A stretch of 54,225 nt of DNA from a virus. Lineage: Duplodnaviria > Caudoviricetes. Within the stretch, counting starts at the first letter, position 1. The number at the start of each line of letters is the position of its first letter. Both the position numbers and the translations under genes were made by a program. The notes below the pieces were generated by a model. It made no database searches. It saw nothing but the letters and a program-made list of their open reading frames with translations, and was not told where the DNA came from. Below, one piece after another: positions 9,298 through 20,035 of this stretch. The stretch covers positions 1 through 54,225 of the IMG/VR virus record IMGVR_UViG_3300047562_002142. One strand, given 5' to 3'.

Positions 9298-12267
9298 ATG
9301 GCAGTAATAGACTCTAAAAAACTTCTACCCCCATCAAAGTCATCTGGCAGCGCACTTGCTACACAGAAGTTTCTTGTACCTGTTTCTAACATTAAAGTAA
9401 AGTCATCTGCGATTGTAAAGGCAAGTGACATTACACCAGAAGTAAAAGAAGGTGGAGATAATAAAAAAACTTTATTAGGTGAAGTAATACAGATAAGAAA
9501 AAATGTTATATCTATTCAGAAGATAATCGGTGATAATAATGCAATCTTCAAAAGAGTAGAAGAACAAAAGAGAAAACTTTTAGAAAATGAGAAGTTTGCA
9601 AAGAAAGAAAAGCAATTAGAAACTAAAGACACTAAACAAAAAATAAGTCTTCCTACACCATCTTTACCAAGAACTGGATTTCTAGATGCAATAAAAAGAT
9701 TTTTATTTTTTACTTTACTAGGTGCTGCATTTGTTAAGTTTGGAAAGCACATTCCAAAGATACTTGAGTTTAGTAAAAAGTTAATACCAGCATTTGAATT
9801 TTTAGAAAACTTTGCTGGTAATGTTCTAAATGGTGTTGTTGATTTTGTAGGTGCTGGATATAAGGCATACGATAAAGTCAAAGAAGTTGTTAAGTCTGTT
9901 GGTGGAGACAACGCAGAGAAAAAATTTGATGAGTTTAGTAAGCAGTTTAATACCTTTACAAATCTTGCACTCATTGCTGGAATGTCCACGATGGGTGGAG
10001 AAGATCCATTTAGAGATAGAAGATTTAATAGACGGTCTAGACGAGGATTTGATAGAACCGGAAGAAGAGTATCACAGTCTGCACAAGCAAGATACGCGAG
10101 TAGATATGGCAAGAAAAACTTTCTTCAAAGATTTGGTAATAAAAATATAGATTCTCTTGGAGATGCGGCATTAAGACTTAAACCTCAACAATCAGCAACT
10201 CAGAGATTCGTTCAGAAAGGTGTAACAAGTATTGCAGGAAAAAGAGTTGGTGCAGTTGCAGGAAGACTTCCCATCGTTGGTCCGCTGATTGACTTTGGTA
10301 TTCGTAAGTTTATTTTTAATGAACCTCTTGGGAAGGCAGCTGCTGGTGCTGTAGGTGCTGCTGTTGGTCAGTCAATTGGTACTTGGATTGGTAGTGCTGG
10401 AGCAACTGCACTTGCAGCTAGTTCTTTTGGTTTAGGTGCTCTCGCTGCTCCTGCATTTTTGGGAGGATTACTTGGGGATTTGATTGGAACCTCATTATAT
10501 TCTGCTGTTTCTGGTGGAGAAAAACCAGTAGGAAAATCTAAAGGTGGACAAGTTACTAGAGGTGGTAAAAAAGTAAGTGGTCCTGCTAGAAGATCTATAA
10601 GAGCAGTAAGAACTAGACCACCAAAGATTAAACCACAGAGAACTATTCCAGGTAAGGATATTGGTGGTAAGAAACAAATCGAGAAACTATTCCCAACTAC
10701 AACTGATCCAAGACAAAAGAATCCTCTTGGAGTATTGGAGACAACCTCTAAAAACTTAAAAGAGATTCCACTTCTCGGTGGGATAATGGGTGCTTCTGTT
10801 GACTTAACAATGGGACAGAAACCAGATCGTGGTGTGTTTAGAAGAATTGGAAATGGTTTTGGGATGTTAATACAAAGTGCTATTGATGCCGAGACTTCTA
10901 ACACAATTGGTAATATTCAAAAGGAGATTGTTGGTCTTGCTGGTGGTGGAGCAGTTCCAAGAACTTTATCTACAGGAGAAAGTATTGGGATGAAGATTGG
11001 TGAAAGACTTGCAAGAACTATTGAAGTGATGATGAATGCTAAAGTTGGCGAAACTTTACAAGCAATTCGTCAGCAAATGACTAAAGAAGGGTTTGGATTG
11101 ACTGGTCCTGATGCTGAACCTGGAGGAATTGCTGGTGGAGATTATGGTGGATTTGCTCCTGAAGGAATACAGAAAGAAATATATGAATACTTAATTAATG
11201 AAAAGAAACTGAGTGACGTGCAGGCACTTGGGTTAATGGCAAATATTTCTAGAGAAAGTGGATTTAGACCCGGTATTCTGTCTGGGGATGATGGTGGTGC
11301 TGGTGGATTATTTCAGTGGAAAATTCCTAGGTCTACTGCAATGGCTAAAGCAGTGCCTGATTGGAAAACGAACTGGAAAGGGCAGATTGATTATGCTTTA
11401 AGAGAACCTGGAGAAAAGGGCCCGCAATACCTAGCAACTAGATTTTCTTCCGCACAAGAAGCTGCAGATTGGTGGATGAGAGAATGGGAAAGACCTGCAG
11501 ATAAAGTTGCAGCAAGTAAAAAGCACGCAGAATATCTCAAAACAGTTCCTAAAGCACCTGATGGGTCAGTGAAGTTTAGAGCAGCATCTTTACTAGGTGC
11601 TGGTTCTGGGAATCTTCAAGTAGCACAACAGTTGGCATTAAGTATGGGTCTTCAAATGACCAGTGGACAAAGAGCACCTAGATTTCCTGGAGATAGAAGT
11701 TATCACATTTCTGGGAGAGCAATGGATTTTTCTAATGTTCCTCAAGGCACTAGAGGAAGTAAGGAAATGTATCAGTTTGCTATGGAAATGGTTAATCAAT
11801 ATGGAAATAGTATGAAGCAGTTAATATATACTCCTCTTGGTTTTGGTATTGCTGATGGAAAAAAAGTTCCATTATCATATTGGGGAGAAAAAACAAATAA
11901 TACACATTTCGATCACGTCCATGTTGCTTTTGAGGATGGTGGAAAAGTTGGAGGACTTACAAGAGCAATTCTTGGAGAGAAAGGACCAGAGTTTGTCCTG
12001 GATGCAGATACAACTGCGGCACTGGAGCAAAACTATCCTGGATTTTTAGATTCTCTTAATAAATCAAACTACAAAGGAGCATTACAAGTTCTGCAAAATT
12101 ATGCAGAGTATTACAATCCATCAAGGTCTTCCACTCTTATGATACAAAGAGTGATTGTAGAAAAACCAGTTCCTGTTCCTATGGGTGGAGGTGGTGGATT
12201 TGTTCCCCTAGATAGTAATAGTAATAGTAATACTTCTTCTTCAGCTGCAGCACTAAGTATCGGATAA
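9298..12267 (+). CDS. Second tape-measure-like protein with phage tail lysozyme (Phage_lysozyme2-like) and M15-like Zn-peptidase domains
   Basis: Gly/Ala-rich helices; A.G.MANI.RES.F...GLFQW...Q.DYA..E...WERP; SYH..GRA.DF...H.DHVHVA. Confidence 0.7.
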   Translation: MAVIDSKKLLPPSKSSGSALATQKFLVPVSNIKVKSSAIVKASDITPEVKEGGDNKKTLLGEVIQIRKNVISIQKIIGDNNAIFKRVEEQKRKLLENEKFAKKEKQLETKDTKQKISLPTPSLPRTGFLDAIKRFLFFTLLGAAFVKFGKHIPKILEFSKKLIPAFEFLENFAGNVLNGVVDFVGAGYKAYDKVKEVVKSVGGDNAEKKFDEFSKQFNTFTNLALIAGMSTMGGEDPFRDRRFNRRSRRGFDRTGRRVSQSAQARYASRYGKKNFLQRFGNKNIDSLGDAALRLKPQQSATQRFVQKGVTSIAGKRVGAVAGRLPIVGPLIDFGIRKFIFNEPLGKAAAGAVGAAVGQSIGTWIGSAGATALAASSFGLGALAAPAFLGGLLGDLIGTSLYSAVSGGEKPVGKSKGGQVTRGGKKVSGPARRSIRAVRTRPPKIKPQRTIPGKDIGGKKQIEKLFPTTTDPRQKNPLGVLETTSKNLKEIPLLGGIMGASVDLTMGQKPDRGVFRRIGNGFGMLIQSAIDAETSNTIGNIQKEIVGLAGGGAVPRTLSTGESIGMKIGERLARTIEVMMNAKVGETLQAIRQQMTKEGFGLTGPDAEPGGIAGGDYGGFAPEGIQKEIYEYLINEKKLSDVQALGLMANISRESGFRPGILSGDDGGAGGLFQWKIPRSTAMAKAVPDWKTNWKGQIDYALREPGEKGPQYLATRFSSAQEAADWWMREWERPADKVAASKKHAEYLKTVPKAPDGSVKFRAASLLGAGSGNLQVAQQLALSMGLQMTSGQRAPRFPGDRSYHISGRAMDFSNVPQGTRGSKEMYQFAMEMVNQYGNSMKQLIYTPLGFGIADGKKVPLSYWGEKTNNTHFDHVHVAFEDGGKVGGLTRAILGEKGPEFVLDADTTAALEQNYPGFLDSLNKSNYKGALQVLQNYAEYYNPSRSSTLMIQRVIVEKPVPVPMGGGGGFVPLDSNSNSNTSSSAAALSIG

Positions 12268-13577
12268 TGGGATTAAACAATCAGGCAGTAAACGATTTTA
12301 ATATTAAAAAGTTTAGAATTTATTCTAACAAAAATGATAAGTTTGCAGATATACCACAGAAAGAAGGTATATTTGTAAACTTACATTATTATGAAAGTAT
12401 CTTAGAAAATCAAGTTAAGGCAACGGCAATCATAGCAGATACCGGATATTCAATTGAGAGTGATGGAAAATATGTCGGTTTGATTGAAGGACTTGATATG
12501 TGTGGAGGAGAAAAAGTAGAACTTCACATGGAAGATGGTTATGGAAATCAACTTCGTTTTTCCGATGAGAAGTCTTTATATATTGGAAGAATCAGAAACC
12601 GAATGGAACATACCCAGAATATGGTGTTTGTGATTGATCTTGTGACTAAAGAATTTTTCACAAATGAATTAGTAGAAACGAGAGTTGATGAGAGATTTGA
12701 TGGAAAAATATCAAGGTCTGTAGATACTATCCTTAAAAATTTTTTAAAGACAGAAAAGGATGTTGACATCGAAGCCACAGAAAACGAATACTCTTTTATA
12801 GGACACACAGAAAAACCATTTTATAAATGCACTTGGTTAGGAAAAAGAAGTATCCCAGTAGGAAGCACTGCTGCCTCCGCCGGATTCTTTTTCTTTGAGA
12901 CCCACGATGGATTTAAGTTCAAGTCAATTGAAAATCTACTTGATGAAAATAGAGGATATAAGAAATACATCTATAATAATACTACAGAACTTCCAGTTGG
13001 ATATGATGGAAAAATATTAGAAGCAACACCAGTTATTAATATTGATGTTCAGCAAAAAATGGCGATTGGTGCTTATGGTTCTCAGGTCAAGACTTATAAT
13101 TATTACGACACAAATTATGTTGGAGTTGCTGTTACTTCTTCCCTAGAAGGAAAAAAAGGAATAAATCTAGCCGGAAATAATTTACCAATTCTCCCTAAAG
13201 ATATTGCTGGGAAACCAACTAGGATTATCAGTAAGATGCAACCAATTGGAATTATGCAACCAATTGATAAGGACAAATCAAAGAAACAAGATTATAATGT
13301 CGATGAAATCACGGCACAAGCAGCAAGTCGCTATAATCAACTTTTTACAATTGTTCTGAATATTGTAATCGCAGGTGACTATTCACATCGTGCAGGTGAT
13401 TTGATCTACTGCGATTTCCCAGAATTAAGTAGTGATAGAACCCAGGTGGTCAGTGGTAAAAATAGTGGTATACATATGATAGCAAGTCTTATTCAACAAT
13501 TGGATGCTCGTGGTAGCACATACACCCAATTGACTTTGGTAAGAGATTCTTATGGTAGGAAACCATTTAAAAGATGA
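12267..13577 (+). CDS. Baseplate hub protein (gp27-like)
   Basis: YYESIL, GFFFFET.DGF.FKSI, GD....AGD.I...F, T.L.LVRDS.G motifs; directly before gp5. Confidence 0.6.
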   Translation: MGLNNQAVNDFNIKKFRIYSNKNDKFADIPQKEGIFVNLHYYESILENQVKATAIIADTGYSIESDGKYVGLIEGLDMCGGEKVELHMEDGYGNQLRFSDEKSLYIGRIRNRMEHTQNMVFVIDLVTKEFFTNELVETRVDERFDGKISRSVDTILKNFLKTEKDVDIEATENEYSFIGHTEKPFYKCTWLGKRSIPVGSTAASAGFFFFETHDGFKFKSIENLLDENRGYKKYIYNNTTELPVGYDGKILEATPVINIDVQQKMAIGAYGSQVKTYNYYDTNYVGVAVTSSLEGKKGINLAGNNLPILPKDIAGKPTRIISKMQPIGIMQPIDKDKSKKQDYNVDEITAQAASRYNQLFTIVLNIVIAGDYSHRAGDLIYCDFPELSSDRTQVVSGKNSGIHMIASLIQQLDARGSTYTQLTLVRDSYGRKPFKR

Positions 13578-15934
13578 CGAATAATCTTTTCAATTCAGAA
13601 TCAATTGGAGCAGGGACATATTGGTGGACAGGAATTATTGTATCTGATGTTACTTGGAAAGAAAATCAAAAAGCAGAAAAATGGTCAAGTATTGATGAAC
13701 TACCTGGATGGGGAGCAAGATATAAGGTAAGAATTTTTGGAAAACATACAGATGTAAAAGAAAAACTCAGTGACGATAAACTTGAGTTGTGTGAAGTTTT
13801 ATATCCTGTTACTGCTGGTTCTGGTCACGCTGCTAGCTATCAAACATCAAACCTAAGGTCTGGTTCTGTTGTTTTTGGTATCTATAAAGACGGAATTGAT
13901 GGTAATGAACCATTGATTCTTGGATGTGTTGGAAATAATGAGCAGACAGTTCTAGAGAAGAAGCAGAAAAAAGGATTTGATCCAATAACTGCTTTTCAGA
14001 TTGACCAATTGATTCCTTATTATTCTATTGCCCCTGGTGGTTCCCCTCAGGTTTCTGGTTCTGGGCAGGGGGGAAATTCCACTTGCTATGAGTCCAATAC
14101 TTTATGTACTCCATTAGCAAATAATGTTGCAGACCAAGAAGCAGCAAAAGAAGAAAGTACATCATTAGCAAGTCCTTCTGAGTGCGAGAAAGTTCCATTA
14201 GGAGAAGTACAAATAAAAATCAGAAATCTAATACAGAAAATTGAGGCAGTAAGAAATCAAATTAATAGTTGGAGACAAACTGTAACTGAGGGGATACAAG
14301 ATGTAGAAAATTTTATAAACAATGCAGTAGAAGATGCCGCAAAATTTATTGCAGGTGGAGTCAAATGGGTCATTACTGAGATACAAAAATTTGTAACGAA
14401 TAAAATCAATAATACTGCAAAAGATTTGTATTATATTCTTTTCCCCAATCAAAGAGCAGGGCTCAAAGAAAAAATAGATACAGTGAATGATTTGATTGCA
14501 TGTCTCTTTAGAAAGATTATCAGCAATCTTCTCAAAATGATTGGTAAGTTTTTACTTGCTGCTGTTGATAGATTCATTAATGTTCCACTATGTGCAGTCG
14601 AAAATATGCTTGGTGGACTACTCGGTAAATTGGTTGGATTGATTACATCTGCACTAAGTGCAATTCTAGCACCAATAGAAGCAATACTTGGTGCATTTGA
14701 TTTGGCTGGAGACATCATCAACTTTATTGTAGATTTACTTTCTTTTCTTTCCTGCGAAGAGAAACCAGATTGTCCACAAGTAAAAGAATGGAATATTTGG
14801 GATGGCGCTGGCTCTACTGGATTGGCTTCTTTTGATGTAAATTCATTAGTTGATAAAATTAAATCTTATGCAAGTAGTGTATCCGAAGCAATAAACCCAG
14901 ATAATTTTGATTTTGATTTGGATTTCAGTGATGTATTTTCTAATAATTGTAATGTTGATGCGATCTTATGTGGGCCTCCCACAGTAGAATTCTTTGGTGG
15001 AGGAGGAAATGGTGCTGCTGGAAATGCGATTGTAAGTGCTACAGGACAAATATTAGGAGTTGATCTAACTTCTTTTGGTTCTGGATACACAAATGCACCT
15101 TTTGTTAGATTTTATGATGCTTGTGGTAAAGGAAGAGGTGCAACGGGAAGAGCAGTTCTTGGCGAGGTTCCATTTTCCGATGGAACTGGAACTGGTGGAA
15201 CTGGTGGAACTGGAACTGGTGGAACTGGAATCACAACTGGGGTAGTTGCTGTTATTATAACAGATCCAGGAATTAATTATATTTCAAGCCCAGATGGAGA
15301 CCGTGGTGGTGATGGTAGAATATGGGCACCTGCAGATAATACTACTGTAAAACACGAAGATGGAACTTATGATATACCTTATGTTCCAGGAGATACTATC
15401 AATCTTATTCCTGGAGACATTATAAGATTACCAACTGATACTTTAATTGAGATTGGTAATGAAATTATAAATGGAGGTATTGATTATACCATTAATGATT
15501 ATGTTACAATAACAGCACCAACACAAATTCTAAGTGCTTTTGTTCGTGGAGATTATCCATCGCTTAATACTGGACAATATCCTGTTATTTTATATCTTTG
15601 TGGACTTGAGATTGAAACCGCAGGATTTGGTTATAATGAAAATGATAAGATAGTTATTTCGCCAGATAATGGAGCAATTGCAGTTCCAAAGTTTGGTGCA
15701 TTTGGTGCCTTAGAGAGTATTAAAATTACTTCTTTTGGTGAAGGATTTAAAGATGTTCCTAGAATCTACATTGAAAGTGAGACGGGAAATAATGCCAAAT
15801 TAATTCCAAGATTCTGTATAGATAGAGTATCAGAAGATCAATACGCCGATCCAGGAATACAGGATCAAATTATTTCTGTGGTTGATTGTGTTGGTAAAGT
15901 TCCACAAACAACATTCTTTAGAGTACCACAATAA
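13574..15934 (+). CDS. g5: Baseplate hub/central spike gp5 N-terminal part (OB-fold); no lysozyme domain seen
   Basis: WW.G.I...GW..RYKVRI.G.H...L.....V..P.TAGSG...G..VFG...DG....P.ILG motif. Confidence 0.75.
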   Translation: MTNNLFNSESIGAGTYWWTGIIVSDVTWKENQKAEKWSSIDELPGWGARYKVRIFGKHTDVKEKLSDDKLELCEVLYPVTAGSGHAASYQTSNLRSGSVVFGIYKDGIDGNEPLILGCVGNNEQTVLEKKQKKGFDPITAFQIDQLIPYYSIAPGGSPQVSGSGQGGNSTCYESNTLCTPLANNVADQEAAKEESTSLASPSECEKVPLGEVQIKIRNLIQKIEAVRNQINSWRQTVTEGIQDVENFINNAVEDAAKFIAGGVKWVITEIQKFVTNKINNTAKDLYYILFPNQRAGLKEKIDTVNDLIACLFRKIISNLLKMIGKFLLAAVDRFINVPLCAVENMLGGLLGKLVGLITSALSAILAPIEAILGAFDLAGDIINFIVDLLSFLSCEEKPDCPQVKEWNIWDGAGSTGLASFDVNSLVDKIKSYASSVSEAINPDNFDFDLDFSDVFSNNCNVDAILCGPPTVEFFGGGGNGAAGNAIVSATGQILGVDLTSFGSGYTNAPFVRFYDACGKGRGATGRAVLGEVPFSDGTGTGGTGGTGTGGTGITTGVVAVIITDPGINYISSPDGDRGGDGRIWAPADNTTVKHEDGTYDIPYVPGDTINLIPGDIIRLPTDTLIEIGNEIINGGIDYTINDYVTITAPTQILSAFVRGDYPSLNTGQYPVILYLCGLEIETAGFGYNENDKIVISPDNGAIAVPKFGAFGALESIKITSFGEGFKDVPRIYIESETGNNAKLIPRFCIDRVSEDQYADPGIQDQIISVVDCVGKVPQTTFFRVPQ

Positions 15935-16512
15935 TGGCGAGAGAAAATTACCATACCATAAGATACGGAAACAAAGATGGAGAAATAAAGTTCGGTCATA
16001 TTGATGATCGGAATAATTTATTTTCTTTTTTGGTAAGAAGTGGTGCCCACTCAAAGCATTATATTGCAATGAGTTCTACTGGAGATACTCATTTAAAATA
16101 TGGAACTGTTTGTAGATCTCCAGGAGCATTTCAGGTCAAGGCAGGAGATAATGTCCCTAGTGGAATTCCTGGAATTTATTTTGAGGCAGTCAGTGGAGAT
16201 ATTGTTATTAAGGCAAGTGGAAGAGTGAGGATTGAGGGAGAAAATATCAACCTGAAGGCAACTGGTGGTGATGGAAAAAATGGAGTCATAGATCTAAGTG
16301 CAAATGAAAAAATTATTATGGACGCACAGAGTATTAGCATTAGTTCGAAAGTGTCCACAAAACTTTTTTCAGAAAATACTGTTAATTTGATAGGCAAAGG
16401 AATATTAAATATTTACGGAGGATTGATTGATGCTGCAGATGGAGCAACAAGTCTTAATGGTTCAAAGTCTGCTAGTGGAATCCCATATAAAAACGAAACA
16501 CAAAATAGATGA
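15934..16512 (+). CDS. Putative spike beta-helix subunit (gp5 C-terminal-like)
   Basis: Repeated short beta motifs (GDIVIKA.G...IEGENINLKA); follows gp5. Confidence 0.5.
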   Translation: MARENYHTIRYGNKDGEIKFGHIDDRNNLFSFLVRSGAHSKHYIAMSSTGDTHLKYGTVCRSPGAFQVKAGDNVPSGIPGIYFEAVSGDIVIKASGRVRIEGENINLKATGGDGKNGVIDLSANEKIIMDAQSISISSKVSTKLFSENTVNLIGKGILNIYGGLIDAADGATSLNGSKSASGIPYKNETQNR

Positions 16513-17426
16513 AAGTACCTGATTTATTCGTAGGAAAAAGATTATTTGTTGGTCTTGGAAATCCAGTTGGACTTGGAGTAGGCCCAACAGAAATTAGAGG
16601 ATCAGCATATATTGAAGGGCCAATGATTGTTGGCGATCCTATAACATATCCATCAACAGAAGCAAACTTAATGGTTGCAAGGTGCTCTAATACTGATGCA
16701 ACTACAATACCTCCTTCTATTTTTAAGGTTTCTTCTAAGGGATTTTCTCCAACTCAAATTGATGTTGTACTTGGAGACATCGCAGGTAAAGTAGGAATTT
16801 CTGTAAATTCTATTGTAGTCAATATTATCAATGATACATTTATTAATATTAGAACAGAATCACTAACTGGCACTGGGAGATATACCTGGAATGGCGATAA
16901 AGTTCTTACTGGAGTAGTTGCAGAAAGTGGAGCAGAAGCAAGAAATGGTAAAGAATCTGTTTCTGGCGCGACAGTTGATAATGGAAATAAAGTCATCAAC
17001 GGCAATCTCATTGTCGATGGTAGTTTAGTTTGTAATAATGTTTCCTTACGAGGAACAATTAATGTCCAGGCTTGGAAAGAATTTGATATTCCACATCCAA
17101 CAAAAAAGAATCATAGACTAGTTCACGCTTGTATAGAAGGCCCAGAGATTGGTGTATATTATAGAGGAAAATTAAAAGATAGTAATGTAATTCTCTTGCC
17201 TGAATATTGGAGAGGATTAGTAGATGCGGAATCAATTACTGTTAATTTGACCCCACACGAATTTTACCAAGAGTTATTTGTGAAATCAATTGAGTGGGGA
17301 ACTAAAATAAATATACAAAATAATTCTGGTGGAGCAATAAATTGTAGTTATGTTGTTTATGGCAAAAGAAAAGATGTCTCAGACCTTGAGATTGAATATG
17401 AAGGAAATGAAATGAGGACAAAATAA
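16509..17426 (+). CDS. Spike/fibre-like protein with a C-terminal K.F.IPHP chaperone-like domain
   Basis: KEFDIPHPTK..HRL.HACIEGPE.GVYYRG...LPEYW..LVD..SITV.LTP motif typical of phage fibre C-termini. Confidence 0.6.
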   Translation: MKVPDLFVGKRLFVGLGNPVGLGVGPTEIRGSAYIEGPMIVGDPITYPSTEANLMVARCSNTDATTIPPSIFKVSSKGFSPTQIDVVLGDIAGKVGISVNSIVVNIINDTFINIRTESLTGTGRYTWNGDKVLTGVVAESGAEARNGKESVSGATVDNGNKVINGNLIVDGSLVCNNVSLRGTINVQAWKEFDIPHPTKKNHRLVHACIEGPEIGVYYRGKLKDSNVILLPEYWRGLVDAESITVNLTPHEFYQELFVKSIEWGTKINIQNNSGGAINCSYVVYGKRKDVSDLEIEYEGNEMRTK

Positions 17427-18842
17427 ATGGCTTTATCTGACGATTTGATACGAGATTCTAGAAACAAGGCATCACAAAAAATTAGTAATATTGAACATTT
17501 TAAAACTCAGGTATTACTTGTAGATGCAGAAAAAGAACTGTATGATGAAGGAATTTTAGCAATTGATTCTGACCTAGTTGGGGACATCAATTTAGTAACT
17601 GACTCTATGGTTGCAGTGAGAAGTGCATATCAATCAAGAATTGATGGTGGTTGCAGAACTGATTTGTTTTGGAAGATTACTAGCGTAACCACTTTTGATG
17701 GTGGCGGAGGAGAAGTTAATTATGAAGTTTCACTTGAAGTTGACCAACTAGGGGATGTTGGTTTTGCTGACAGTATAACTCACCTAGATTCTTCTGGTGG
17801 AATCACAACTTATGCTGCTGGTACTGTAGTGATTGGGGCGGGCAATACTTCAGAAAATCTCTATGGAGTTAAATTTTATGATCAACCATATCTAAAGGAT
17901 ATTGGAGACACCACAATCGGAGAATTTATTGGTTTTGTTGGAACTGGGTCAACAGAACTTGCAATCATTTCTCAGGTCTCTGATGAACTCATAACAGAAT
18001 ACGAACCAACCAATCTTGTTATTTCCGGCAAAGATGGGGTGTTTTCCGGTGATTACAACACTATTGTTGGTTTTGGATCTACTGTTGTCTATTCAAACCA
18101 GATTGAAACTATAACTGGAATTGCAACAACTGCACTTGAAGTTTCTACAATTATTCTTCAAAATAATACAGTTGGTTTTGCTTCACTCCCAGAAAGTGAT
18201 GGGTCTTATGTAACATTTACTATTGTTGTAGACCCTGATGATCCGCAAGCGCAATTAGCACGATTTAAGTATTCCGTAAAATTTACTAAAAATCCATTTT
18301 CACCGGAAGCAATTGGTATTATGGATTCTTCTACTTTGGGAAGAGGATATAAAATTGAGATTGATAATAGTGGAAGTCCTCCACAAACACAAGAATGGAA
18401 ACCAGAATTAGAAGGAACAGAAAAGAAAGGAAAAGAAATTAAGGAACCTCTTGTGGGGGCAGGACAAATTCATTATAAAATTGGATTTACAGATCTACCA
18501 GTTGATCATCAAGGCGATCCTGCATCAAAGGGATATACAAGAAGTATAGTAAGTCCAGAATACAATCCAGTAACAATTGCTGCCGAAGTGTATGAATCAA
18601 TAAGTCAAGAAGGTTGCACAACATTCAATAATAATATAACAACAGCAGAAAGCGTTAGAGATGCGACAGTAGCATTATTAACAACACAAGATAAAGTTAA
18701 TGCTGCAAATGCATTAAGAGAAGAGAGAAATAAATATGCACTACAAATATGGGGACTTAGACAATCAATAGGAGGAGAGAATGAAGAAGTAGATAGATAT
18801 AATAGTTTAATTGGTTATATTAATACGCAAGACGCGATATGA
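17427..18842 (+). CDS. Hypothetical virion structural protein
   Basis: Long acidic ORF in the baseplate operon with helical ends. Confidence 0.55.
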   Translation: MALSDDLIRDSRNKASQKISNIEHFKTQVLLVDAEKELYDEGILAIDSDLVGDINLVTDSMVAVRSAYQSRIDGGCRTDLFWKITSVTTFDGGGGEVNYEVSLEVDQLGDVGFADSITHLDSSGGITTYAAGTVVIGAGNTSENLYGVKFYDQPYLKDIGDTTIGEFIGFVGTGSTELAIISQVSDELITEYEPTNLVISGKDGVFSGDYNTIVGFGSTVVYSNQIETITGIATTALEVSTIILQNNTVGFASLPESDGSYVTFTIVVDPDDPQAQLARFKYSVKFTKNPFSPEAIGIMDSSTLGRGYKIEIDNSGSPPQTQEWKPELEGTEKKGKEIKEPLVGAGQIHYKIGFTDLPVDHQGDPASKGYTRSIVSPEYNPVTIAAEVYESISQEGCTTFNNNITTAESVRDATVALLTTQDKVNAANALREERNKYALQIWGLRQSIGGENEEVDRYNSLIGYINTQDAI

Positions 18843-19093
18843 AAAACACACTTTATACAAACACTGATAATTTAGTTATTGCACGAGGAAAAGTGTTTAA
18901 TAATACTTCAATCCAACTTCCAAAGGAATGGGAAGATACTGTTAATCCAAAAACAATTACAGTATCATTAACTCCTTGTGGTGCTCCACAAGATATTATT
19001 GTAAAGACCGTAGATGTTAAAGAAGTTCGTTTGCAGTCTTATGGTAATTTTCCGATAGAATGTTATTATCTTATTCTTGCAGAGACTAAATAA
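18839..19093 (+). CDS. Small protein homologous to the C-terminal domain of 16509..17426
   Basis: RGK......IQLPKEWEDTVNPKTITVSLTP versus RGK......ILLPEYWRGLVDAESITVNLTP. Confidence 0.6.
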   Translation: MKNTLYTNTDNLVIARGKVFNNTSIQLPKEWEDTVNPKTITVSLTPCGAPQDIIVKTVDVKEVRLQSYGNFPIECYYLILAETK

Positions 19094-19110
19094 TTAAAAA
19101 GTATTAAAAG

Positions 19111-19665
19111 ATGGCTTATCAAGGTATAGGAACTGGAACTACACCAAATGATAATAGTGGTGATAGTTTATTGACTGGTGCAATAAAAATCAACAATAAT
19201 TTCCAGGAAATTTATACTGCACTTGGTGATGGTTCCACAATTGACTTGAATACAGACAAAGTATCCGAAGGAACAAATCTTTACTATACCGATGAGAGAG
19301 TACAAGATGCTATTGGTGCTGCTATTAATGCAGGTATTCAAACAGGTTTGACTGTTACTTATGATGATGCTAATAATGCAATAGACTTTGCTAATTATAC
19401 TATTACAACAACATCAGGAGATAAATTATTATCAAAATTTGAGTATTGCACTGTTACATCAGGTGGAGTAACTTTGACTCTACCCGAAGACCCTTCTGTT
19501 GGGGATAAAGTTATAATTGGTATTGGTGATAATTATGAAGATACAGTTGTTGAAAGAAATGGTAGTAAGATTATGGGGTCTACCGATAATCTTACTATTG
19601 ATATTGGTTATGTTACTTTAACATTTATATATATTAATAATACCTTAGGTTGGAGAGTAAGTTAA
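19111..19665 (+). CDS. gp9/gp10-like baseplate-fibre connector, copy 1
   Basis: IGTGTTPND..GD.L..GA.KIN.NF.EIY N-terminus and LTLP..P..GD....L.FIY.....GW C-terminus; TAAATA upstream. Confidence 0.65.
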   Translation: MAYQGIGTGTTPNDNSGDSLLTGAIKINNNFQEIYTALGDGSTIDLNTDKVSEGTNLYYTDERVQDAIGAAINAGIQTGLTVTYDDANNAIDFANYTITTTSGDKLLSKFEYCTVTSGGVTLTLPEDPSVGDKVIIGIGDNYEDTVVERNGSKIMGSTDNLTIDIGYVTLTFIYINNTLGWRVS

Positions 19666-20025
19666 ATGAATAATTTAAGTCAATTTTTGGGTGGAGGAAG
19701 AATTAAAAGTATTCAGAGAGGGACAATTGCTCTACCAACCCCAGAATTTTCTTCTTCTTATACTCCATATATAGTACAAATAAATGAAGTCAATACATCT
19801 AAATCAATTTTATACCATTTGGGGACAAAAAATGGTGCGTCTACTTTTAGGATTGTAAATTCATTTGGTCAGGGTTCAGCATATTCTTTTTCAGTTTTAG
19901 CAATGATTGAATTAACAAGTAGTACTACAATTAGTGCAACTATTGGATTTCATCTTGGGAATAATACTTTTAATTCTTCCACTATCCCACCAGAAATATC
20001 TTGGCAACTTGTAGAATATTATTGA
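19666..20025 (+). CDS. Small fibre-tip-like protein
   Basis: IKSIQRG...VNTSKS...SWQLVEYY pattern; ATG abuts the upstream stop. Confidence 0.55.
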   Translation: MNNLSQFLGGGRIKSIQRGTIALPTPEFSSSYTPYIVQINEVNTSKSILYHLGTKNGASTFRIVNSFGQGSAYSFSVLAMIELTSSTTISATIGFHLGNNTFNSSTIPPEISWQLVEYY

Positions 20026-20035
20026 GGTAAAAACA

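Noticed and set aside
9066-10904. Long antisense ORFs (for example 9516-10112, 10368-10904) and similar shadow ORFs across the window
   Set aside because: They lie opposite well-supported genes, have no recognisable motifs and are expected from codon bias
15182-15229. GGAACT/GGT micro-repeats in gp5
   Set aside because: A low-complexity Gly-Thr linker; no sign of a separate element
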